A DNA stretch of 63,875 nt, the filler included, from Actinomycetota bacterium (GTDB lineage Bacteria; Actinomycetota; Acidimicrobiia; IMCC26256; VFJJ01): the NCBI GenBank assembly GCA_009886115.1. It is 5 parts of 5 records of this genome, joined end to end, with 100 filler letters (N's around TTAATTAATTAA, not from the genome) between each part and the next. Parts side by side here need not be neighbours in the genome. Positions count along the whole stretch, not along the records: positions 39,842 to 51,160 come from VFJJ01000159.1; 4 more parts are not named here. One strand, given 5' to 3'. The translations under genes were made by a program, and so were the position numbers. The notes under the pieces are model-generated. The model was given only the letters and a program-made list of their open reading frames with translations, did no database searches and was not told where the DNA came from. Shown here piece by piece: positions 39,880-49,890 of the stretch (within the stretch, counting starts at the first letter, position 1; every line of letters starts with the position of its first letter).

Positions 39880-41082
39880 CTACCGGCCCGAGAGCGCCTT
39901 GAGGTTGTCGCGCAGTGCCAGGCGCTGCTCGCCAGGGTCGAGGCGGGCGAAGTCGGGCAGCCAGGCTCGGGGCACCGAGAGGCCCTCGGGGTGGGGCCAG
40001 TCGGAACCGAGGAGAACACGGTCGGCGCCGATGGCGTCGCGCGTCACCCGGATGTCGTCCTCGTAGAACGGTGCCACCCAGACGTGCTCACGGAGCGACT
40101 CGACCGGATCGCGTCCGAAGAGCTGCGGCGTCTTGCCGTACGAGATCTTGAAGCGCCGCACGAGCTCGGGCACCCAGCCCGCGCCGAGCTCGAGGGTGGC
40201 CACTCGCATCGTGGGATGCCGGTCGAAGACGCCATGGCAGATGATCGCCGCAAGGGTGTCGAAGATCGGGCGATCGATGTGGACGCTGAGCACCTCCGTG
40301 AGGGGCGACGCCTTCAAGCCCGTGAAGCGGGCGTACTCGCCCCAGTCCTTGAGGTACTTGCCGTAGCCGGAATCGGCGGCGTGGAACGCGACCACCACAC
40401 CGGCCTCGGCAGCCATCGCCCACACGCGGTCGTGCATGGGATCGCCGAGCGAGCGGTGCCGGCCGGGGACCGCCACCGGAGCCGGCCGCAGGGTCACGAA
40501 CTTGGCGCCGAGCGCGATGACCCGGGCCAGCTCGACCTCGGCCGCGACCGGGTCGATGAGCGAGATCAACGGGCCGGTCTGGATTCGACCATCGCGGTCG
40601 TATCCCCAGTCGTCGTCGAGCCAACGGTTGTAAGCCCGGAAGATGGCGTTGAGCGCCTCGACGTCGTCGACGAGCATCTCCTCCAGGCCCAGTCCCAGGC
40701 TGGGCAACAGCCAGGCCATGTCGACTCCCTGAGCGTCGAGCGACGCCACCCGCGCCGCACGGTCGCGGTACTCGGGCTGGATCCGCTGGATCTCGATGAT
40801 GTCGCGCAGCTCCCTGCCCTCGGTGTTCTCGGCCCGGAAGTAGACCTCGAGCGAGCCGGGCGCCCCGACCGGGTCGTAGGTGGGGTTCGGGATCATCGCC
40901 AGCAGCCGCTCATTGACCATGAGCGTGCGGCGCCCGTCGACATCGATCCAGCGGACCACCCTCTGGAAGTCGCGTTCGATGTGACGATGGATCGCGTCCT
41001 CGGCCTCGTAGTAGTGCTGGTCGGCGTCGTACAGGCCGTAGTCGACCGCGACATCGGTCGTCTGGGTCTCGAGCATCGCCAT
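39880..41082 (-). CDS. Amidohydrolase family 2 protein
   Basis: DADQHYYE, AYNRWL, FHAADSGY, LGSDWPHPEG. Confidence 0.9.
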   Translation of the reverse strand: MAMLETQTTDVAVDYGLYDADQHYYEAEDAIHRHIERDFQRVVRWIDVDGRRTLMVNERLLAMIPNPTYDPVGAPGSLEVYFRAENTEGRELRDIIEIQRIQPEYRDRAARVASLDAQGVDMAWLLPSLGLGLEEMLVDDVEALNAIFRAYNRWLDDDWGYDRDGRIQTGPLISLIDPVAAEVELARVIALGAKFVTLRPAPVAVPGRHRSLGDPMHDRVWAMAAEAGVVVAFHAADSGYGKYLKDWGEYARFTGLKASPLTEVLSVHIDRPIFDTLAAIICHGVFDRHPTMRVATLELGAGWVPELVRRFKISYGKTPQLFGRDPVESLREHVWVAPFYEDDIRVTRDAIGADRVLLGSDWPHPEGLSVPRAWLPDFARLDPGEQRLALRDNLKALSGR

Positions 41083-41189
41083 CTGATCGCCTCTCGTCCG
41101 AGCCCGAACCGGCGGTCGTGCACGGCGATCCGGGCCTCGTTCACGCCGACCTCGACGGCCGGACCACCGACACACGATACCCCGTGTCC

Positions 41190-41211
41190 CGGCAATCTGA
41201 CGGAACTGTCA
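41190..41211 (+). promoter_or_regulatory. Putative operator, TGAC-N6-GTCA, copy 2
   Basis: CGGCAATCTGACGGAACTGTCA, in the divergent intergenic region between the amidohydrolase and the CoA transferase. Confidence 0.65.
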
Positions 41212-41309
41212 ACAATGGTCGGAGCCTTCGCGCCCTACCTGCGACAGCGGCGCCTCCGATGTCGCGCCATCTCCTCGATGGTGCACCGCCCGGCTAGCCT
41301 CCGCGGCTC

Positions 41310-42512
41310 ATGACCGACGCTCACGAGCCGCCGTGGCCGCCAGACACCACGACGATCACCTACGCCGACGGGGCCGACAGCGCCCGGGTGAGCCCGGACG
41401 AGGTCGCACGATTGGCCGGCATCGGAAGCGCCCGCCCGCCCGAGCTGCTCCTCGGCTGGACCCCCGAAGACCGTCCGTGGCTGGCCGATCCGCATCTCCG
41501 GGGCCGCACCGTGATGGCCGGCTACGCGTTGGCGCCCGCAGTGGCCGACGGACGCCTGCGCTACGTCCCCGTGCGGCTCTCAGCGATCCTCCGATTGGTC
41601 GGCCAGGTGCAGCCCGATGTCGTCGTGGTCGCCGGGATTCGTCGAGGAGCCACGTTGGCGTTCAAGGGAACGGTGGGTTGGGGACGCACGGCAGCCGCTC
41701 AGGCTCCGCGGGTCGTGGTGGAGATCGACGACGACGCGCCCGATCTCGGCGCGCCCGAGATCCCAGGCACCGTCGTGGCCACGGTTTCTCGCCTCGGCGG
41801 CCGCGACACGGCAGCGGCGCGGCCGGCCGACGACGTCGACCTCGCGATCGGCCGCCACGTGGTGTCATTGCTGCCGGCCCTCCCCACGCTCCAGTTCGGG
41901 CCCGGCGGTATCGGCGAAGGCATCGTCGCCAGCCTCACCAGCCCGGTCCGGATCTTCTCGGGTCTGGTCACCGACGCCATGGCACTCCTCGATGATCGGG
42001 GCTTGCTCGACGGCAAGGTGCGGGCGGGGTATGTGTTCGGGGGTCAGGCCATCGCCGATCTGGCGCGACGCGGTCGACTGGAGCTGTTGCCGATCGAGCA
42101 GACGCACGATCTCACCGTGGTCTCGGCCATCCCCCGCTTCGTGGCCTGCAACACTGCGTTGCAGGTCTCGCTCGACGGGTCGGTCAACGTCGAGCAGGTC
42201 GGGGGTCGGGTCGTGGCCGGAATAGGCGGACATCCCGACTACGCCGCCGCCGCCGCCCGCTCGCCCGGCGGACTCTCGGTCATCGCGCTGCGATCGATCA
42301 CCCGGTCGGGAGCATCGACGATCGTGACCCGGGTCGAGGTCGTGTCGACACCCCGCTGCGACGTCGATGCCGTCGTCACCGAGCACGGAGTCGCCGACCT
42401 CCGAGGGCTCGACCCGGCCGAGCGAGCGGGCCGCATCGCGCTGGTCGCGGCGCCCGAGCATCGGCCCGGGCTGATCGCCGCCGCGGCAGCGGCGGCAGGA
42501 GGCTCGGCGTGA
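41310..42512 (+). CDS. Acetyl-CoA hydrolase/transferase family (4-hydroxybutyrate CoA-transferase-like)
   Basis: TLQFGPGGIG, ACNTALQVSLDG.VN, GIGGHPDY, VVTEHGVADL, AAPEHR. Confidence 0.85.
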   Translation: MTDAHEPPWPPDTTTITYADGADSARVSPDEVARLAGIGSARPPELLLGWTPEDRPWLADPHLRGRTVMAGYALAPAVADGRLRYVPVRLSAILRLVGQVQPDVVVVAGIRRGATLAFKGTVGWGRTAAAQAPRVVVEIDDDAPDLGAPEIPGTVVATVSRLGGRDTAAARPADDVDLAIGRHVVSLLPALPTLQFGPGGIGEGIVASLTSPVRIFSGLVTDAMALLDDRGLLDGKVRAGYVFGGQAIADLARRGRLELLPIEQTHDLTVVSAIPRFVACNTALQVSLDGSVNVEQVGGRVVAGIGGHPDYAAAAARSPGGLSVIALRSITRSGASTIVTRVEVVSTPRCDVDAVVTEHGVADLRGLDPAERAGRIALVAAPEHRPGLIAAAAAAAGGSA

Positions 42513-43570
42513 GCGTGGCGGGCGCATCGGATGCATCGGACGCATCGGACGCAGCGGGGGCAGCGGGCCCCACGGCGCTCCCTGGTGTCGACGCCGTCTC
42601 CGTCGAGCGGTGGATGCTCGCCACGATCTCCGATCTCGTGGCGCCGATCGCGTTCTCGCTCATCAGCGGCGGTCACTCCAACCTCACCTACGTCGCCGAG
42701 GACGCGTCGGGCCGTCGGTGCGTTGTGCGCCGCCCACCGCTCGGGTCAGGCTCGACCCGAGCCCACGACATGGGCCGCGAGCACCGCGTGATGGCGGCAT
42801 TGGCACCCACGTCGGTGCCCGTCCCGCAGATGCTGGGCCTGTGCACCGACGAGACCGTGAACGAGCGTCCCTTCTACGTGATGGGCCACGTCGATGGGCA
42901 TGTGATCGCCAACCCCGGCGAGGCCGACCGGCTCCTGAACCCTGCGGTCCGTCAGCATGCGAGCGAGTCGATCGTCGACGTTCTCGCCGATCTGCACGGC
43001 ATCGACGTCGACGCGGTCGGGCTGGGAGACGCCGCGAAGCGTGAACACTTCCTCGAGCGCCAGTTGGCCCGCATGCACGCGGTCTGGAAGCAGAACCAGA
43101 CTCGTGAGCTCACGACCATCGACGACCTGCATGCGCGCCTGGTGGCGACGCAGCCCGAACAGCGCTACACGGGGATCGTCCACTCCGACTACCGGTTCGG
43201 CAACGTGATGGTCTCACCGACGGGCGAGATGCTCGCCGTGCTCGACTGGGAGCTCTGGACCCTCGGCGACGTGCTGGCCGACGTGGGATTCCTGCTCAAC
43301 AACTGGTACGAACCCAACGAGTCGACGCCGCTGGTGTGGATGGAGATACCGCCCACCATGGCCGGCGGTTTCTCGTCGCGCCACGACGTGATCGATCGAT
43401 ACACGGCCCGCACGGGATTCGACCTGAGCGACATCGACCCCCCGGTTCTTTGTGGCCCACGTTGCTCAGGGCGTGACCGCGGCCACAAAGAACGCGGTAG
43501 GGCGGGCGGGCTGGGCAGGCTGGGCCGGGCTGGGCTCAGGTACGCCACGGGCCCTGGGTCGGGTTCTTGA
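42509..43570 (+). CDS. APH-family phosphotransferase (ACAD10/11 N-domain-like); C-terminus apparently replaced after ~43438
   Basis: SGGHSNLTY, HDMGRE, HSDYRFGN, LDWE. The post-LSDID helix present in paralog 44751 is missing. Confidence 0.82.
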   Translation: MSVAGASDASDASDAAGAAGPTALPGVDAVSVERWMLATISDLVAPIAFSLISGGHSNLTYVAEDASGRRCVVRRPPLGSGSTRAHDMGREHRVMAALAPTSVPVPQMLGLCTDETVNERPFYVMGHVDGHVIANPGEADRLLNPAVRQHASESIVDVLADLHGIDVDAVGLGDAAKREHFLERQLARMHAVWKQNQTRELTTIDDLHARLVATQPEQRYTGIVHSDYRFGNVMVSPTGEMLAVLDWELWTLGDVLADVGFLLNNWYEPNESTPLVWMEIPPTMAGGFSSRHDVIDRYTARTGFDLSDIDPPVLCGPRCSGRDRGHKERGRAGGLGRLGRAGLRYATGPGSGS

Positions 43571-44720
43571 CGAGCTTCTTGGCCACGACCTCGCGGTGCA
43601 CCTCATCGGGGCCGTCGTAGATCCTGGCGTAGCGCGCTTCGCGGTACATCCACTCCAGCGGGGTGTCGGACGTGACGCCGAGCGCGCCGTGCACCTGGAT
43701 GGCCCGGTCGATCACGTCGTGCAGGAGCTGGGCCCCGCGGAACTTGATGAGCGATATCTCGATGCGGCCTTCCGAGCCGCGGTCGACGGCCTCGGCAGCA
43801 GCGAGCGTCATCGCCCGGTGCGAGAAGATGTCGGCGGCCGACTCGGCGATGTAGTGCTGTATCTGTCCCTTATGCGACAGCGGCGCGCCACCGACCACAC
43901 GCTCGTTGGCCCGGGCGCACATCAGCTCGAAGGCCCGCTGCATCTGGCCCAGCCAGCGCATGCAATGGAAGATCCGGCCCGGTCCCAGGCGGCGCTGTGC
44001 GATCACGAAACCCTCGCCCCTCTCCCCGAGCAGGTTCTCGCGCGGCACGCGCACGTCGGTGAGCCGGATCTCGCAGTGCGCCCCCAGCGTGCTGCCGAGC
44101 GTCGAGAGGACGCGGACAACCTCGTAGCCCGGCGAGTCGGTCGGGACGATGATCGCCGAGAAACGCTTGTGCCGATTGGTCTCCTCGGGCTCGGTGATCG
44201 CGAAGATCGTCGTGAACGAGGCGATGTTCGCTCCGGTCGTGAACCACTTGTGGGCGTTGACGACCCACTCGTCGCCGTCGAGCACCGCCGTGGCAGCCAT
44301 GGTCGTGGGGTCGGAACCCGGGTTCTCGGGCTCGGTCATCCCGATGGACGACCGGATCTCACCAGCCACGAGCGGGGCGAGCCAGCGCCGCTTGTGCTCG
44401 TCGCTGCCGTAGCGGTTGAGCATGATCGAGTCCTGCATCGACCAGGTCCCGACGGTGCTCTGACCGAAGAACGACCGTCCGATGATCTCGTTGAGATGGG
44501 TGATGGCCATGAACCCCAGGCCCCCGCCACCGATCTCCTCGGGATGACCCAACGCCCACAACCCCCGGGCCTTGGCCTCGGCCTTGAGCCGCTCCATGGC
44601 CACGAGAGAATCAAGGCTGGCTTCTCGCAGCACGGTCTCGGCCGGGATCACCTCGCCATCGATGAAGTCCCGCATCCGTTCCAGCACATCCCGGAGCTCG
44701 CCGTCGACAACGCTGGCCAT
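43536..44720 (-). CDS. Acyl-CoA dehydrogenase (ACAD10/11/FadE2-like)
   Basis: MTEP, KWFTTGA, AQRRLGPGRIFHCMR, QVHGALG, RIYDGPDEVH. Confidence 0.92.
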   Translation of the reverse strand: MASVVDGELRDVLERMRDFIDGEVIPAETVLREASLDSLVAMERLKAEAKARGLWALGHPEEIGGGGLGFMAITHLNEIIGRSFFGQSTVGTWSMQDSIMLNRYGSDEHKRRWLAPLVAGEIRSSIGMTEPENPGSDPTTMAATAVLDGDEWVVNAHKWFTTGANIASFTTIFAITEPEETNRHKRFSAIIVPTDSPGYEVVRVLSTLGSTLGAHCEIRLTDVRVPRENLLGERGEGFVIAQRRLGPGRIFHCMRWLGQMQRAFELMCARANERVVGGAPLSHKGQIQHYIAESAADIFSHRAMTLAAAEAVDRGSEGRIEISLIKFRGAQLLHDVIDRAIQVHGALGVTSDTPLEWMYREARYARIYDGPDEVHREVVAKKLVKNPTQGPWRT

Positions 44721-44750
44721 CAGCTGTTCCTCTCGAGGAGTTGGAAGGTC

Positions 44751-45848
44751 TCACACGTGCAACAGGTCGGCTGCTTCTTCGAGGTGACGGCCGACGCTCT
44801 CGCCCAGGTCGACGGACTCCCGCGCCCCGGCGTCATCGCCGTGCCCGGCATCGGATCCAGGTCGGTCGGCGGCCCGTCCGAGGAAGCGTTGACGGGTGAA
44901 GATGGCTTCCTTGATGATCGCCGCTCGCCAATGCTCGAAGGCCAGATAGAAGTCGAGAGCCGACACGTCGCGCCCTGTCGCTCGGGCATAGCCCTCGGCC
45001 AGCTCGCTCGACGACGCGAACCCCGGATGCTCGGCGATGAGCTGGCTCTCGTGCGTGAGCCGGCCCCGGGTGCGGTCCCAGTACACGATGAGATGGGCCA
45101 GGTCGGTGAGTGGATCGCCCAGGGTCGACATCTCCCAGTCGAGCACCGCTGCCACGCCGGGCTCGGGGTCGGCCTCGAGGTCGATCAGCATGTTTCCCAG
45201 GCGGTAGTCGCCGTGCACCAGGGTGGCATCGGCATGGAGTGGAACCAGCTCGAGGAGACGCCGGCCCAAGCGGTCGACGGCTGGATGGTCGCGATGCTCG
45301 GCCTGCTCCCACTGCGCCATCCACCGGCCGATGCGCCGGGCCACGAACCCGTCGGGACGACCGAGAGCGCCCAGTCCGACCTCAGCCGGGTCGATACGGT
45401 GCAGCCGATCGAGCACCTCGACCACCGCCTCCGACACCGCCCGGGCCTCGTGGGCTTGAAGAGTGGCCACGTCGGCCCGTCGATGGAACACCGAGCCGTG
45501 CACGCAGCTCATGGCGTAGAACGGGGCGCCCACGATGGTCTCGTCGTCGCAGAAGCCGTAGACCACGGGGATGGGCAGACCGCTCGACTGCAGCGCCGAC
45601 AGCACGGTGAACTCGCGCCGCATGTCGTGGGCCCCAGGCGCCACATGGCCGAGCGGTCGACGACGAACCACGTGCTCGTGCCGACCCGACCGGACGAGAT
45701 ACGTGAGGTTCGACAACCCTCCGCTCAGAACCGACACGTCGAGGACCGTTCCGGCGGGACCGCGATCGTCGAGCGCCACCCCCGCCTCGGCCAGGAAGCG
45801 GCGTAGTGCCACGACGTCGACGAGGTCGAGCTCTGCGGTGTCGCTCAT
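44751..45848 (-). CDS. APH-family phosphotransferase
   Basis: SGGLSNLTY, HDMRRE, HGDYRLGN, LDWEMSTLGDP. Confidence 0.9.
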   Translation of the reverse strand: MSDTAELDLVDVVALRRFLAEAGVALDDRGPAGTVLDVSVLSGGLSNLTYLVRSGRHEHVVRRRPLGHVAPGAHDMRREFTVLSALQSSGLPIPVVYGFCDDETIVGAPFYAMSCVHGSVFHRRADVATLQAHEARAVSEAVVEVLDRLHRIDPAEVGLGALGRPDGFVARRIGRWMAQWEQAEHRDHPAVDRLGRRLLELVPLHADATLVHGDYRLGNMLIDLEADPEPGVAAVLDWEMSTLGDPLTDLAHLIVYWDRTRGRLTHESQLIAEHPGFASSSELAEGYARATGRDVSALDFYLAFEHWRAAIIKEAIFTRQRFLGRAADRPGSDAGHGDDAGARESVDLGESVGRHLEEAADLLHV

Positions 45849-46825
45849 GCGTCGGTCACCACCGGTGCGCGCAGCTCGGGCGTGCGCGGTACCCGTCGGG
45901 CAGAGATGAGTTGTTGGCCGATCTCACGGGTGAGGTGATCGGCCGAGCCGAGCAAGGCGTCGAGCATCTGTCCCCGCCGGATGAACCGATGGAACCCATG
46001 GTCGACGGTGAACGCGATGCCCCCGTGCACCTGATGGCAGTGCGTTGCTGCGAGGCGATGGGCTCGGCCAGCAAGGCACTTCGCCGCCATGGCGGTGAGC
46101 GGGTCGGTGTCGGTCCATGCCGTGTCGAGCGCCGACTGCGCTGCGCTGACGGCCACCCGAACGTCGGCGAGCCGATGCTTCACTGCCTGGAACGCTCCGA
46201 TCGGACGGCCGAACTGATGCCGGGCGAGGACGTACTCGACGGTCGTCGCGAGCATGGCCTCGCTGACCCCGATCAGCTCACCGGCCAGGAAGCGCCTCCC
46301 GGCGGCCAGGGCTCCGACCCAGGCCGACGCCGGAGCGATCGTCGCGTCGGGCCCGGCGTCGAGGGAGCCAGCAGCGCGGCTGAGGGCCAGCGTTCCGTCA
46401 CCGCCGCGTATCGGAGTGAGCTCGACGGAGCCCGAGCCGAGCATCACCAGACCGTCGTCGCAGGCCACCACGAAACGCTCGGCCCGCTGGTGCCCGGTCA
46501 GCACCAGGCCGTCGACGAGGAGCGCTGACGCCGCGCCCGTCGCCCCGCGTTCGGCCAGCCGTCGCATGGGCGCCAGCACGACGGAGGTCGTGGTGTCGAC
46601 GCGCAGTCCGGCGCCGTGGAGCATCACGAGATCGAGCGCCGGAGTGGCCGCGAGGGCGCGACCATGCTCGTCGGCCAGCAGACCGATGGCCACCGCGGGT
46701 TCGACGTCGAGCAACTCGACCCAGCCCGCATCGACCAACGCGGCGGGCACGGCGGCCGGGGGGGCCGAAGCCAGCAGGTGACGGAGCGAGCCCCGGACGA
46801 GCGCGATCTCATCGAGATCCATCAT
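45845..46825 (-). CDS. Acyl-CoA dehydrogenase, truncated partner subunit of a heteromeric pair
   Basis: RHQFGRPIGAFQAVKH, QVHGGIAFT; degenerate N-terminal part. Confidence 0.85.
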   Translation of the reverse strand: MMDLDEIALVRGSLRHLLASAPPAAVPAALVDAGWVELLDVEPAVAIGLLADEHGRALAATPALDLVMLHGAGLRVDTTTSVVLAPMRRLAERGATGAASALLVDGLVLTGHQRAERFVVACDDGLVMLGSGSVELTPIRGGDGTLALSRAAGSLDAGPDATIAPASAWVGALAAGRRFLAGELIGVSEAMLATTVEYVLARHQFGRPIGAFQAVKHRLADVRVAVSAAQSALDTAWTDTDPLTAMAAKCLAGRAHRLAATHCHQVHGGIAFTVDHGFHRFIRRGQMLDALLGSADHLTREIGQQLISARRVPRTPELRAPVVTDA

Positions 46826-47988
46826 CGCCCCCTCGGGAGGCCGAGGAGGCGCTCGGCCACCAGGTCGCGCTGCACCTCGGCGGCACCGCCGTAGATCGTG
46901 GTGATCCGCGAGAACGTCCACCGTCGGCGCCAGGCTTCGGCCGCCTCGTCGTCATCGATCTCCAAAGCGGGCCACAACACGGTGCGGGCGGTGTCGGTGA
47001 GCGTCTGCTCGGCCGAGCTCAGGAGCAGCTTGTCGATGGAGATCTCGGGGCCGAGCTGACGGCCGCTGTCGAGTGCCGCCAATGTGGCGCTGCAGCGAGC
47101 CCGCAACGCCAACAAGCCCAGGTAGGTGCTCCCCACGAGATCGGCCGTGGTGCCAGAATCGCCATGCGACACATGGTCCAGGAGCTCCTCGAGCTGGGTG
47201 AGCAACTCGGCTTGACGCTGCCAGGCGTACGCGCCCCGCTCGAACTGCAGCAGGTACATGACGACCGCCCAGCCCTCACCAACGCCACCAACCACGTGCT
47301 CCGGGCCCACCTTCACGTCGTCGAGGAACACCTCCGAGACCTCCGACCGTCCGCTCTCGCAAGCCGTCGGGCGCACGGTGACCCCCGGGCTGTGGAGATC
47401 GACCCAGAACATGGTGAGACCGCGGTAGCCGCGTTCGTCGTCACCGGTACGAGCCAACACCGCGCTGTACCGGGCGATGTGGCCGTTGCTCGTCCACATC
47501 TTCTGGCCGTTGATCCGATGGCCCTCGCCGTCGGGGACGGCCCTGGTGCGCAACGAGCCCAGATCACTGCCGGCGTCGGGTTCCGAGAAGCCCTGACACC
47601 ACACCTCGTCGCCACGGAGGCCCGGCACCAGGTGCACCGCCGCCAACCACTGCGCGTACCCCACGAGCATGGGCGCGATGATCTCGACACTGCCCAAGCC
47701 GCCGGGCAGGGCCTGACCCGACGCAGCGAGCTCGTCGAGCACGAGGGCTCGTTGCAGGCTCGACCCGCCGAGGCCCCCCATGCTCTCGGGCCAGCCCAGC
47801 CGGGTCCAGCCCGCATCGCACAGCAAGCGCTGCAGACCGTGGAAGTGGGCGAAGGAGTCGGCCAGGTCACCCACGGGCTCAGTGCGATACGGCGCCAGGA
47901 CCGTCGAGTTGTCGGCCAGCCACCGTCGGAAGGACGCTCGAACCTCGTCGAGCGTCGCCGTGGGATCCGCCACGATCGGGCCCGTCAC
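46822..47988 (-). CDS. Acyl-CoA dehydrogenase (heteromeric pair, alpha-type)
   Basis: WCQGFSEPDAGSDL, GQKMWTS, TIYGGAAEVQ. Confidence 0.9.
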   Translation of the reverse strand: MTGPIVADPTATLDEVRASFRRWLADNSTVLAPYRTEPVGDLADSFAHFHGLQRLLCDAGWTRLGWPESMGGLGGSSLQRALVLDELAASGQALPGGLGSVEIIAPMLVGYAQWLAAVHLVPGLRGDEVWCQGFSEPDAGSDLGSLRTRAVPDGEGHRINGQKMWTSNGHIARYSAVLARTGDDERGYRGLTMFWVDLHSPGVTVRPTACESGRSEVSEVFLDDVKVGPEHVVGGVGEGWAVVMYLLQFERGAYAWQRQAELLTQLEELLDHVSHGDSGTTADLVGSTYLGLLALRARCSATLAALDSGRQLGPEISIDKLLLSSAEQTLTDTARTVLWPALEIDDDEAAEAWRRRWTFSRITTIYGGAAEVQRDLVAERLLGLPRGR

Positions 47989-49172
47989 CTGACCTCCAAC
48001 TTGGGGTAGTAGTTCTCGGGGCCGATGGCGCGCACGTCGGCCGACCAGTTGCCGTCGTAGAGCGACGGGTCACCGCCGGGGCCGGCTTCGAAGCGCCATG
48101 CTTGGCGCTTATATGTCCAGTTCTCCGGCTGCAGCCGATGGGCCTCGCGCCAGTGCCCGATCGCCCCCGGGTGATCGCCGTGACGGTGCAGGTGCTGACC
48201 CAACTCGAAATGGGCTGCCGCCCGAGACTGGTCGAGTGAGCGCACGTTCGACCGTGCCACGACCTCGTCAGGTGCGAGCGCGTAGCGACTCGCAGCGCCG
48301 AGCTCGGCCCAGTCGAGGATCATGTCGCGGTAGAGCTCGGCCTCGATCACGATCTGCTGGGTGAGCCGGAGCTGCTCGACCAACGCCGGCGGCATGGGCG
48401 AAGCGCCATCGCCTCGGACCTGGTTCATCAGCCCGAGCCCGGTGCTGGGACGGTCGGCGTTCCCCGAGCCGGCTGCATCGAAATCGCCATCGCCACCCCC
48501 GAGGTCGACGCCGCGAATCTCGTCGATGATCGGGGAACGGCCGGGGAACGCGGGCTCGGCGGGCCGGACGATCGTTCCCCGCTCATCGATCCACACGGCA
48601 TTGGGAACGTTCACGACACCGAAGAGCGCACCCATCAGGTGGGCCACGTCGACGAGCGCGATGTTCCCAGCGCCGGCCTGCTCGACGAACGGCCGGGCGA
48701 CGTCGGCGCCCCCGGTGTCGAGGGCCACCGTCACGATCGCGACGTCGGTCCCCCGGGCCTGCAACTCGTTCCTCAGCTCCTGCCACACGGGCAGATCCTG
48801 GGCACAGCCTCACCAAGATGCCCAGGAGACGATGATCACCTTCGAGCCCAGCAGCCCGCTCAGTCGGAAGGGCTCACCGTCGATCGTGGGCAACACGAGA
48901 TCGGGCGCCTCGGCCGTGGTGAGCGCTCGGCCCGTCACCGCCGACTCGGGCCCGAGGGCCCAGAGCTCACTCCCGGCATGGTTGGCTTCGCCGACGATGG
49001 CCATGCCCAGCCTGTCGGCGAGCGCCCGGACGTCGACCAACCCTGCGTCGTCCGCTGCTGATGCCGGCAGGGGCACGCAGTGCGCACCTTTGCACACACC
49101 TCGGGGTTCGACCTTCCAGCCGGTTGACGTCGCCAATTCGACCGGGTCGACCCGCAGTGACTTGAGGAGCAT
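47985..49172 (-). CDS. ResA/peroxiredoxin-like thioredoxin-fold probable selenoprotein (WASW-U-GC, Sec at codon 121) with C-terminal TPR-like helix pair
   Basis: ORFs ending at 48810 and 47985 share one frame. TGA (48812-48810) lies in APDLVLP...VSWASW*GCAQDLPVWQEL. The stop overlaps the next gene's GTG. Confidence 0.82.
48779..48795 (-). promoter_or_regulatory. Putative bacterial SECIS hairpin
   Basis: Minus strand TCTGCC-CGTGT-GGCAGG at +15 to +31 from the TGA; loop G at +22. Confidence 0.55.
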
Positions 49173-49204
49173 GTCGAACCGTACCTTCCCAGGCGGGCAA
49201 GCGA

Positions 49205-49717
49205 TCAACCCGTCGGACCGGCTTCGAACAGGTCGGCGAGGGAACCCGAGAACACCACGTCGCCGGCGTCGCGAGACCCTCGCCGGAAGCCGTCGGTGAA
49301 GTCCCAGCCGGCACGAACGGCGTCGGTCCGCGTCCAATCGAACACGCACACCCGATGCGAGATGCGCCACTCCCCTGCCCGTCGAGTGAAGTCGTCGACG
49401 TAGCGGAAGCCCACGACGTGATCGCGAGCGGGACGGTCGCCTCGCGGGGCCAAGCGGTGCAAGGCGATCGCGTAAGCCTCGCCCCGGGCCCGGTCGCCGT
49501 CGACCTCGACCAGCACGTTGCCGAGAAAGTGCATCGTGCGTTCGTAACGCGTCAGGCCGCTGGCCACGAAGGCCAGGAACTCTTCGACCCCACCGCGATA
49601 ATCGCCGTGCTCGTCGACGGCGTCCGGGTGATAGCACCCACGAACCAGGTCGAGCTCCATCCGGTCGATACCCCGGCAATAGCGGAGATAGACGTTCCTG
49701 ATCTCCTGCTCGTCCAC
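49205..49717 (-). CDS. Nuclear transport factor 2 (SnoaL-like) family protein
   Basis: YCRGIDR, YHPDA, TMHFLGN, RYVDDF..R.GEWRI. Confidence 0.88.
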   Translation of the reverse strand: MDEQEIRNVYLRYCRGIDRMELDLVRGCYHPDAVDEHGDYRGGVEEFLAFVASGLTRYERTMHFLGNVLVEVDGDRARGEAYAIALHRLAPRGDRPARDHVVGFRYVDDFTRRAGEWRISHRVCVFDWTRTDAVRAGWDFTDGFRRGSRDAGDVVFSGSLADLFEAGPTG

Positions 49718-49890
49718 GTAACGGCGGAGCTCAAGAATCAGTCGGGCGGGTCACGATCCCCCTCGGCCATCACGATGCATCGGGTCAGCAACGCAGCTCT
49801 GCGGCAGGAGCCCCCATCAACGGACGAGCCCCGACGATCGGGTGTCTCGGGTGTCAAGCAGGCCAGCCTCGAGCCTGTATCGTCTCCCCC

